A stretch of DNA of 64,000 nt from an uncultured Candidatus Saccharibacteria bacterium. Lineage in GTDB: Bacteria > Patescibacteriota > CALEFQ01. Of this stretch, positions 49,434-57,768 are shown one piece after another. The notes beneath the pieces were generated by a model. It was not told where the DNA came from, made no database searches, and saw only the letters and a list, made by a program, of their open reading frames with translations. Both the position numbers and the translations under genes were made by a program. The first letter of the stretch is position 1, and each line of letters starts with the position of its first letter. The DNA is taken from contig OZ246404.1 in NCBI GenBank assembly GCA_965230955.1, positions 782,321 through 846,320 on the forward strand. Reading direction: 5' to 3'.

Positions 49434-50462
49434 TCAAATAACCCGTTCCCGATTCGCCGGGAAAGTGACGGCTTGTGTGATATTAGGTTGTCCCAAGAGC
49501 CACTGCATGATCCGCGCCAAGCCGAAGCCGCAGCCGGCGTGCGGCACGCTACCCTTTTGTTTGGTGTGCACCAGATACCAGTTAAAATCATCCAGCGATC
49601 CGCCTTTTTGTTTCAGGCGTTTAAACATCCGGGATTTTTTCAGACGCGATTCCAATTCCCGCGGATTATGCACCCGCGCCGCCGCCCCGACCGCTTCCCC
49701 GCCGTAAGGCAAGATGAGGTCGGCACTCAGCACCCGCCCCGGATTGGCGCGATCGGGAATCATGTTGAAAAATTTTTCCACTTCGATTTTTCCGTGCCGG
49801 CGCCATTGCGGATCGGGAAAGCGCACCAGAAAAATCGGCTGATTGCCATACGCCACCAGCAATTTTCGCTCCCGCGCCGAAGAAATATCGTCGCCCCATT
49901 CGATCTCCTCGCCCAGAGTTTGCAGCTTCTTGATCGCTTGATCGTAAGTCAATTTGGGAAACTTCAGCGGACAAAGCGATAACTCATTTATCCGGTGCTC
50001 TAATCCCAAGGCTCGCAGATCGGCCGCCGGCAAACTGAGCAATCCCCGCACGATCGCGTTAAGAAAGCCTTCGATGTAAGACAGCAGTTCATCGAAACCG
50101 CCGGCGAACTCAATTTCCACCAAGGTAAACTCGGTCAAATGCCGCTGATCCACCCGCGGCTCGGCTCGGAAACTCGGCCCAACACAATAAACTTTGCGCA
50201 GTTTCGGGACATACGCTTCCAGATAGAGCTGGCCGGTCTGCGCCAGGTAAACTTGTTTCGGTTTGCCCGCCGGCGTGAACCAGCGGGGATGGCGAGCGAC
50301 TGTCACCTGAAACAGAGTGTCGATGTTTTCGCAGGCGCCGCTGGCCCGAACGATCCGCGGCGGTAGCATCTCGTAGAAACCCTGGTCGTCGAGATATCGA
50401 CGACCGAACTTGAGCGCGTAGTGCTCGACTAGCGCGACTTGTTGGTCAATCATTTTTTTCAC
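49434..50462 (-). CDS. AsnRS catalytic-domain paralog lacking the anticodon domain (archaeal-type asparagine synthetase-like)
   Basis: YLAQTGQLYLE, GPSFRAE..RHLTEF, GEAVG, PHAGCGFG; 342 aa with no N-terminal OB fold. Confidence 0.8.
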   Translation of the reverse strand: MKKMIDQQVALVEHYALKFGRRYLDDQGFYEMLPPRIVRASGACENIDTLFQVTVARHPRWFTPAGKPKQVYLAQTGQLYLEAYVPKLRKVYCVGPSFRAEPRVDQRHLTEFTLVEIEFAGGFDELLSYIEGFLNAIVRGLLSLPAADLRALGLEHRINELSLCPLKFPKLTYDQAIKKLQTLGEEIEWGDDISSARERKLLVAYGNQPIFLVRFPDPQWRRHGKIEVEKFFNMIPDRANPGRVLSADLILPYGGEAVGAAARVHNPRELESRLKKSRMFKRLKQKGGSLDDFNWYLVHTKQKGSVPHAGCGFGLARIMQWLLGQPNITQAVTFPANRERVI

Positions 50463-50790
50463 TTATTAATGGATAAAAAAATTCCCCCGAGCTCGGGGGA
50501 AGAAATGGATTGAAATTGGACGTCGGCGTTTTCTCAGCGCCGGGAGCGATGAGAAAAAAAATAGTCCCCGGTGGGGACATTTTGCCTGAGGAAACCGCGA
50601 TAGTTTTTGTATCTGGAGGTGTGTCATTTAATAATTTTACATTTTCACTATCATATACCCTCCGGCCGAAAAGGGACAATAATACTTATGTGGATAACTA
50701 TTTTTATCAAAACAGGCGCGGCCAGCCAAATAGACTGGCAGCCGCGCCGGTAATAGATTTTGGTGACAAGGCATGGGCGGGAAAATGCTT

Positions 50791-51585
50791 TTAGCGCAAA
50801 GTGCCGCCGAAAACCTGCCAGGCCAGCAATGATTTGGCCACCAAACTCAGAATGATGTAGACATATTCGCCGTAGACGTAACTGCGCCACTTCCCCACTT
50901 TCTTGTATTGCAGAACAATATTGAAGGCGAAAATGGCAAACGAGATGAAAATGGTGACAAAGATCCAATAGACAAAATCGGGAATTTTGGAACCTTCTTG
51001 GCTGCCGGTACCGATCAAGTAAATCATCAAGATAATCCAGGGAATAATCCCGGCGATACAGCCGAACCAGTACGGCATCCAGTCGACGGACTTTTCCGGT
51101 TGGCGATTCATCTTTTCCATGAGCCAGCCAAAAAGGATCATCATGGCATTGAGCGAGAACATCAGGATCAGCGTGGCGAAATCATAAATGCCGGCCAGCA
51201 TGGCAATGGCCACGATCATAATCGAAGAGCTGAAGGAATACTCGATCCAACGCGCCGGGTTGATGCCGTTAGAAATATTTTTGACGTACCAGCGGTTAAT
51301 ACCCGGTAGAACCACCATCAGGTGAGCAAAAGCCGATATAAAAAGGAAAGAGGCCACGAGAGGACCAAACGGGATCTCGAAAACCGTCTCGATATTCGGC
51401 CAGATTTTCTGCATCATCGGATTGAATTTCAGAAAAGAGGTGGTCACCGGCAGAGAAAAATCGTTGCTCAAATAGAGCATCAGTCCGCCTTGGATGGCGT
51501 GTAAAACCGCCATCACGGCGTTAAAAATCCGCAGTTTTCGAAAACCGGCGGCATCGGCCTGGATGACAGGTTTGGGCTCTTTCAT
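50791..51585 (-). CDS. Heliorhodopsin
   Basis: LRIFN..MAVLH..QG, RWIEYSFSSS, TM7 LSLVAKSLLAW with Schiff-base Lys. Confidence 0.92.
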   Translation of the reverse strand: MKEPKPVIQADAAGFRKLRIFNAVMAVLHAIQGGLMLYLSNDFSLPVTTSFLKFNPMMQKIWPNIETVFEIPFGPLVASFLFISAFAHLMVVLPGINRWYVKNISNGINPARWIEYSFSSSIMIVAIAMLAGIYDFATLILMFSLNAMMILFGWLMEKMNRQPEKSVDWMPYWFGCIAGIIPWIILMIYLIGTGSQEGSKIPDFVYWIFVTIFISFAIFAFNIVLQYKKVGKWRSYVYGEYVYIILSLVAKSLLAWQVFGGTLR

Positions 51586-51812
51586 AGGTTTTATGTTAGT
51601 TAGATTTATTGAAATGATACCAGGTTTTTTCTAAAACCTGGCTACTGCAGTCGAGCCGATAATTATTTTTTAGCCTAGGAATCCACTTCGGGAACGGCTC
51701 AAAAATAATTATCGGCTTGGCTTAAATAAGCAGTGTGGAAGAACAACTTAGTATGAGTTCATTACTACTGCAAGTGTATCACATTTCGCCGGGAAAATCA
51801 GCCTCGGCGCTT

Positions 51813-52511
51813 CTAAAGGTAATACCCGCCGCTATTCTTTTTCAGCCATTTCCGGCGCGACAAATAATCAGGATCCAGCCGCGCGACTTCTTGCCAAAAG
51901 GTGCGAGAATGATTGGGGTGGCGCAAATGGGCCAATTCGTGATTGATCACATAATCAATCAGCGCCGGAGGCAACATGACCAAACGCCAGGTGAAATTGA
52001 GATTCCCGGAACTGCTACACGATCCCCAGCGCGTCCCGGCACTCGTCAGCCGCCAGGAACGATAGCGATAAGCGTAGAGCGCGGCCAATTGATCGAGCCG
52101 GGCGCCGATAATTCTCCGCGCTTCTTTTTTGTACCACGCGATAATTTTTTTCTTCGTCAATCGCGGTCCGCCCTCGGGCAAAAGCAATTCTTTCTTCAAT
52201 GGATTACATTGGGCCGACCGGCCGGTAGCGCCGAAGAATAGTTTGTATTTCTCTCCCAAATACCAAAATTCTTCGCCCGCGACATAGCGATGAACGGGAG
52301 CGAGCGGCCGTGATTTCAAAACCGTCAAACGTTTCTCGATCCAATCGAAGTGCCGCCGGGTGAATCGCTCAATCTCCCCCATTGAAACCCACCAGGGCGC
52401 GCGAATCGTCAGCGTGGCGTCTGGAGCGATCGTCAGCGCCAGCGAGCGCCGGCGGGAACGTTTGAGGCAAAAACGAGCCGGAAACGAATTGATTGTTTCT
52501 TGTTCTGTCAT
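51813..52511 (-). CDS. YgjP/SprT-like zinc metalloprotease-family protein
   Basis: RSRRRSL, RWGSCS, YVINHELAH..HPNHS..FW. Confidence 0.88.
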   Translation of the reverse strand: MTEQETINSFPARFCLKRSRRRSLALTIAPDATLTIRAPWWVSMGEIERFTRRHFDWIEKRLTVLKSRPLAPVHRYVAGEEFWYLGEKYKLFFGATGRSAQCNPLKKELLLPEGGPRLTKKKIIAWYKKEARRIIGARLDQLAALYAYRYRSWRLTSAGTRWGSCSSSGNLNFTWRLVMLPPALIDYVINHELAHLRHPNHSRTFWQEVARLDPDYLSRRKWLKKNSGGYYL

Positions 52512-52710
52512 AAAAAAACGGATGCGGCGACATTAAATCATGCGTTGCCGTTACTATCCTACCAAATAGCCAACACCTGGACAAATGGCAAAAGACGTGA
52601 TAAGCTATCACGTCTCGAACTACTGCTTGTTTGCCGGGCACAAAAGAAGATACCTTTTTGGTTTTAGATAAATTTGTTATTTTCAACATTCCACACAAAA
52701 GGAGGATATT

Positions 52711-53475
52711 ATGTGGTGGAAAAAAACGTTCATGGTTATAGCAATCGTAATTCTGGTAGCGCTGATGTCTTTACCGCTCGGCTTTTTTGGAGCTTGGAGT
52801 TATTTCAGCAATCAGCTGGGATACTTGCATCTCAATCAATACTGGGCATCTCTGATCTCTCTGGTTTTTGCTCTGATTCTTGTATTCGGCGCAAAAACTT
52901 ATTTGTCTTTCCGCGCTAACAGAAGGACCATCGGTAAAATCACAATTATCGGAACAATAATTCTCTGGCTGATCATCAATGGACTGGCCTGGCAGACGGT
53001 CAACTTTTCTGCCGATGGCCAACCAGTCAAATGGTACGCCAAAAACCCCGACGGAATCAGAGTATTTGACTCACCGGGATTCGACCCGATCTGGAATACC
53101 CCGCTCAAGCCAATTACTCCAGATATTCTGATGCAAATCAAACGACAGTATGCCGATACTCCCCTGTTTCGAATCGACCCGCGGAACACATCAAAATTTT
53201 TCGATCCGCAAACAGGCGCTCCGCTGACTTATTACCAACGAAAGCCAAACGGTTGTCTGGCCATTTTCAATCAACCGGGCTATGACCCGGAAACAGGCAC
53301 CGCTCTGCTTCCCTGCACTCCGGAAATCATCAGAGAGATTTACGCCCAGATTGAAAATCCCGTCTGCCAATCAGAACTGAACAATCTCTTCCTACTCGGT
53401 CAGACACCTCTCAACTTTCAAGAATTCGAAGATTATGTGCGCCACACGGAGAAACTCCGTCCCAAGGAGAAATAG
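52711..53475 (+). CDS. Membrane protein with three GxDP repeats (orphan)
   Basis: AAAAGGAGG SD; 3 TM helices then PGFDPIWNTPL, FFDPQTGAPL, PGYDPETGTAL. Confidence 0.7.
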   Translation: MWWKKTFMVIAIVILVALMSLPLGFFGAWSYFSNQLGYLHLNQYWASLISLVFALILVFGAKTYLSFRANRRTIGKITIIGTIILWLIINGLAWQTVNFSADGQPVKWYAKNPDGIRVFDSPGFDPIWNTPLKPITPDILMQIKRQYADTPLFRIDPRNTSKFFDPQTGAPLTYYQRKPNGCLAIFNQPGYDPETGTALLPCTPEIIREIYAQIENPVCQSELNNLFLLGQTPLNFQEFEDYVRHTEKLRPKEK

Positions 53476-53477
53476 CC

Positions 53478-54356
53478 ATGTCAAACAGACACTTCGATTT
53501 ACAAGAAAGAGAAAATAGCTTGAGCAGGGAAAAAGAACGAGTTGCAGCACGCAGGAAAAAAGCGGAATTGATACTCCAGGTCGGAGTTTGGTGCATCATT
53601 GGATCCATAATCCTCATAGTAGCGGCACTCTGGTGGGGATATTCCTGGCACTGCCGGAAAATGGCGATCGCCGATTATCGTTATCAGGTTCTGGCCACTT
53701 CAGTCGATTCCGCTAACACCGATAAAGACCAGGACAACGCACTCCTGAAAGTATCATGCCTGGCCGTCTCTCTTTCGAAAACATCCCAGACCGAAGATCT
53801 ATGGGACAAGCTGGACAGATTGAAAGAACTCCAGGAGAAAGTCTCTGTTCAACACAGCACAAACCTGGAATCGCTTCAGCGATTTATACAGCGAGAAGCC
53901 GTTACCGTAAAAAAGTGCCGTGAAGAAAAGGCCAATTGCGGAATCAAGGAATATGACGAGAGAAGGATCATGGCCTGTCAGCCGCTCTCACTCTCCCTCC
54001 AGGAATTGAACAAAATCACCCGCTACAAAAAACAACTTGATCTCAACCGGCGAAGCATGGATGACATGCTTGAGAAAATCGGATTTCTACAGCGCTCGAT
54101 CGGCAATGACATTGATTTTATCAATGCCACCGGCAATTCCTGCGCTGAAGATACCGTGCAGGCAGTGGATCAATTCCTAAAAGATTTTAATCTGCCGCCG
54201 GCTGAAATGTCAAAAATCAATCTGGACAATTTGCCGCCGCTGAATCTGCGTGATGTTTGGAATCTGATAAATGATGACACTGTTTCCCCTAACACACCAT
54301 CGGTTACTCCCACTAACACCGAAAAGAAAGAATCCACTCGCAGGTTCTTCGAATGA
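53478..54356 (+). CDS. Single-TM coiled-coil protein (orphan)
   Basis: AAGGAG SD; TM then helical Cys-containing ectodomain; terminator at about 54372-54410. Confidence 0.65.
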   Translation: MSNRHFDLQERENSLSREKERVAARRKKAELILQVGVWCIIGSIILIVAALWWGYSWHCRKMAIADYRYQVLATSVDSANTDKDQDNALLKVSCLAVSLSKTSQTEDLWDKLDRLKELQEKVSVQHSTNLESLQRFIQREAVTVKKCREEKANCGIKEYDERRIMACQPLSLSLQELNKITRYKKQLDLNRRSMDDMLEKIGFLQRSIGNDIDFINATGNSCAEDTVQAVDQFLKDFNLPPAEMSKINLDNLPPLNLRDVWNLINDDTVSPNTPSVTPTNTEKKESTRRFFE

Positions 54357-54445
54357 ACCTACCGTTATAAACAGGCCGATCACTTCCAGTGATTCGGCCT
54401 GATTTTTTTTATGAAATTGCTGGAAATAATAATTTCCCTACAAAA

Positions 54446-54760
54446 TTATCGCACCATTTGGAAGATGAACCCGATAACCACCCCGCCGGCCACCCCGGTC
54501 AGGATAATCGGGAGATAAGCGCGCGTGATGATGGCCGAAGGGACACTCAAGCCCGCACCGAGAATCAGTCCGATCAAAGCCGGGTGCAGTCCGAGATCAA
54601 CATTGGGAATCAGAAAACCAAGCATAAATCGCTCGATACCCGCCGCGGCCATCGCTTCCGCACGTTTACGATTATTTTCATACTTGAGCGGGATCATGAT
54701 CAGGACATCAATGATACCAAAGACAAGACCGAAAATCAGACCGAGAAAAAGATTATTCAT
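54446..54760 (-). CDS. Small 4-TM membrane protein
   Basis: Gly-rich hydrophobic helices. Confidence 0.7.
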   Translation of the reverse strand: MNNLFLGLIFGLVFGIIDVLIMIPLKYENNRKRAEAMAAAGIERFMLGFLIPNVDLGLHPALIGLILGAGLSVPSAIITRAYLPIILTGVAGGVVIGFIFQMVR

Positions 54761-54793
54761 AGAATTATTTTACCAAACGATTATTCTGAAAAA

Positions 54794-55285
54794 TCAAATA
54801 CCCAATGAAACTTCATGCAAAATAACATCGGCATCGCCGGAAATCTGGCAGTCGATACGGTCGAGCTCCGCCCGGCGCTCAAATAATCGTCCGCCGCCGG
54901 TACATTTCAAATTACCGTCATTGCCCGCGGTAAAAGTAAAAGTCGAATCACTGCGTTTAAGGCGGCCGGTCACGGTATAGCCGCAATCCCCCGCCTGCTC
55001 GATGCACATATCGGTCTTGGCCACGCAGGATCCGGTAGTCGTCAAAGTCACCGTATCGTTTTCCGCTACCGCCAAAACCGATCGATCTTCGGTATCACAA
55101 GTGGAATCAGCACTGACGTACTGGGTGCGCATCTGTTTTCCACTATAATTCATCGGCAAATAATCAAAATTGAGCGGTTTGTCGTTATCATTGATAAATT
55201 CTTCGTCTGCGCCGCAGCCGCTGAGCACAATCATGACCGCGGTCAAAACTAACACCGGCAAAAGTTTGATAAATTTTTGATTCAT
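54794..55285 (-). CDS. Cys-containing lipoprotein
   Basis: Lipobox LSGC. Confidence 0.7.
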   Translation of the reverse strand: MNQKFIKLLPVLVLTAVMIVLSGCGADEEFINDNDKPLNFDYLPMNYSGKQMRTQYVSADSTCDTEDRSVLAVAENDTVTLTTTGSCVAKTDMCIEQAGDCGYTVTGRLKRSDSTFTFTAGNDGNLKCTGGGRLFERRAELDRIDCQISGDADVILHEVSLGI

Positions 55286-55323
55286 CGGGTTGGGATTAAT
55301 TATTTTTTATAATTTGTGCATAT

Positions 55324-55406
55324 TGTGGGGGCGACCCCATGTGGTCGCCCGCCCCAATATCGCCGTTTGGGCATTTTATGGCAGGGCGGCCGCCGGCCGC
55401 CCCTAC
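55324..55406. repeat. GTAG-type REP doublet (REPIN)
   Basis: GTGGGGGCGACCCCATGTGGTCGCCC ... GGGCGGCCGCCGGCCGCCCCTAC. Confidence 0.8.
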
Positions 55407-55412
55407 TGCATT

Positions 55413-56141
55413 TTATATTTTCCTCGCCTGATTGACATACCCGCAATATTCGCAATCCGGCGCCGCCGCGGGGATCGTCTCGCCCGTCAGGCAATCATGG
55501 ATTTTTTCCACTGTCGGCTCGACCCAGTCATCTTTCCCGGTATAGGGAATGATAGTCACGTCGAATTCCAGTTTGCCGTCAAACGCCTTGCGATCCGTCT
55601 TCCCGTTGCAATAGACGAAATACCCGGTGCTCGAAACTTTGTGGCCATTCTTGCGCAGTAGCCACTGGTAAATTTCCATCTGGCGTTTGTAGCCCTCGTG
55701 CCATTCTTTGTCCAGCTTGGTCACCTCTTCCGCCTTGGCGGTGGCTTTGTAATCCACCACAATATATTCGCCCGCTTTATTTTGCCACAGGTCATCGATC
55801 GCGCCGTAAAGCAGTAAATTGGTCGGCTCGTGTAAATATCTGATCCCGGTGAAATTATGGCGCCATTCGGATAGTTTTTCATGATCGATCGGCACGGCAT
55901 CAATCCCGTATTTGGCCATTAGCGGGTGCGTTGTCCCCGCCGCGCGGTGGATATCGAATTCCTTTTTGAGCAAGGTGTCGACAGCCACATTGAGGGTGAA
56001 AGGATATCCCGGCGGGCGTTTGATCCCCAGCCGTTTATCCAAATAAAAACAGCGCGGGCAATTGATGAATAAATCTATCCCCGTCCGGCTGAGTTTGAAT
56101 TGATCTTTGGAGGTGGGATTGAATAATTTACTGGCGTGCAT
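55413..56141 (-). CDS. PD-(D/E)XK RecB/Cas4-like nuclease
   Basis: LSR, CPRCFY, GAIDD, VVDYK, QMEIY, C-terminal CEYC. Confidence 0.85.
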   Translation of the reverse strand: MHASKLFNPTSKDQFKLSRTGIDLFINCPRCFYLDKRLGIKRPPGYPFTLNVAVDTLLKKEFDIHRAAGTTHPLMAKYGIDAVPIDHEKLSEWRHNFTGIRYLHEPTNLLLYGAIDDLWQNKAGEYIVVDYKATAKAEEVTKLDKEWHEGYKRQMEIYQWLLRKNGHKVSSTGYFVYCNGKTDRKAFDGKLEFDVTIIPYTGKDDWVEPTVEKIHDCLTGETIPAAAPDCEYCGYVNQARKI

Positions 56142-56160
56142 GGAGGTTATTTTTAATTGT

Positions 56161-56278
56161 GTAGGGGCGCCCGGCCGGGCGCCCGGAAATATCCGCCGCG
56201 GTGCGCCATAGCAGGGCGGCCGCCGGCCGCCCCTACCATAAAATGCCCAAAAGGTGATATTCGTTGGGGCACCCCAAC
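56161..56278. repeat. GTAG-type REP doublet (REPIN) with extension
   Basis: GTAGGGGCGCCCGGCCGGGCGCCC ... GGGCGGCCGCCGGCCGCCCCTAC. Confidence 0.85.
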
Positions 56279-56285
56279 AATATAT

Positions 56286-57338
56286 TTACCAATCCGGCCA
56301 TTCGTTGCCGTCGATTGATTTGGTGATATTAGTCAAATTACTGCCATCAACGTTCATGGTGTAGAGATTGGTCCCGATATTATTCCAATCCGGGCCCACC
56401 CCGTAAAAAACCAGTTTGGTGCCGTCGGGCGACACGCGGGGGCGGTGATCGGGAGTCGTATTGACGCTGCTAAGGTGCGAAACCAAAGTCGGGCCGAAAT
56501 CAGATTGCCCCGCGGCCCATTTCTCGTAATCCAGTTTCCAGATTTCTAATTGACTCGTCCGATTGGAAATAAAATACATGGTTTTGCCGTCGGGCGACCA
56601 GCCAGGTTCGTGATCGCTCAAATCTTTGTCAGCAGAAGACAGAATTTCTTTCTCGTCGGTCCCGTCGGATTTGATGGTGTGCAGGCGGAAATCGATATCG
56701 GAGCCGGCTTTATTATAAGAAAAAGCGATCGTGTCATTGTCTACCGGGGACCAGCTTGGCCAGAGCACGGTATTTTCGCCGTCGACAAAAGTTAGCTGTT
56801 TGTTGTTTTGGCCGTGGTCATCCATGACAAATAGATTGGGAATGCCATTGTGTCCGCCGCGATAAGAAATGTAGGCGATCTTTTTGCCGTCCGGCGACCA
56901 GGTGGGAAATTTATCATCCCCCTCGCCAAAAGTGAGTTGCCGGCTTTCACTACCGTCCGCCGTCATTATGAAAATCTTGTCGGTATTGCCTTCGTCCACG
57001 TGCCGCGAGTACGCGATGCGCGAGTAGTCCGGCGACCAGACGGGGTGACTGATGAATTTACCGAAATCGGTCAGTTTCGTTCTGTCGGTGCCGTCGGGAT
57101 TGATGGTATACAAATCATGATCGGCACTGCTCGCCTTCCCGTCAGTGGCGGAGAAAAGGATCTTGCCTTTGTTTTCCGGATTCCCCCCGGCGGGAGAATT
57201 GTAGAGAAGTTTGTATTGGGCGTCGTCGGTTTTGGCGGTATCCGTCGTGTCTTTGTCAGTGGAGACGGGAGTGGTACAGCCGGCGAGAAAAATTAAAGAG
57301 GCGGCGAGAAATAAAAATGGGAGGTGGTGAGATTTCAT
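56286..57338 (-). CDS. TolB-like (PD40) beta-propeller lipoprotein
   Basis: LAGC lipobox, repeated PxWSPDG. Confidence 0.85.
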   Translation of the reverse strand: MKSHHLPFLFLAASLIFLAGCTTPVSTDKDTTDTAKTDDAQYKLLYNSPAGGNPENKGKILFSATDGKASSADHDLYTINPDGTDRTKLTDFGKFISHPVWSPDYSRIAYSRHVDEGNTDKIFIMTADGSESRQLTFGEGDDKFPTWSPDGKKIAYISYRGGHNGIPNLFVMDDHGQNNKQLTFVDGENTVLWPSWSPVDNDTIAFSYNKAGSDIDFRLHTIKSDGTDEKEILSSADKDLSDHEPGWSPDGKTMYFISNRTSQLEIWKLDYEKWAAGQSDFGPTLVSHLSSVNTTPDHRPRVSPDGTKLVFYGVGPDWNNIGTNLYTMNVDGSNLTNITKSIDGNEWPDW

Positions 57339-57768
57339 GGGGGTTGAGTTACTAAATATTCCGGAAGGAATCTATAAGAAAGTAGACTTAAATGCATTAT
57401 AACATGATGGTGGGAAATAGGGAGATTGTATTTTAGACCTTTTTCCGCAAACAACCATTCAGCTCGAACCCGGAATTTGCTGAAGAATATAACAGAAAAA
57501 GCGGTATCGACCGCTTTTTGTCCAAGCTGGCTCAACAAGATGGACATCATCCGAACCTTTTTCCATCGTCACGAGGACGATTGGGTCGTTGTGACGTTTA
57601 TCAAGATCCCCCTGGGACTTTTGCGACTGCCCGACAGAGGGGTAAACCTATGTGAGTATTACCCTGTTTTCTGTTTCTGATTCCAGCGTAGCAAGTTACC
57701 AAATCCTAGCAATGTATTTTTTGTCCAGATGGGCAATAAATATTGCTTATAGTTTCCGCCTATCAAAA

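Noticed and set aside
55413-56141. CRISPR-associated Cas4
   Set aside because: No array or other cas genes nearby; treated as a solo PD-(D/E)XK nuclease.
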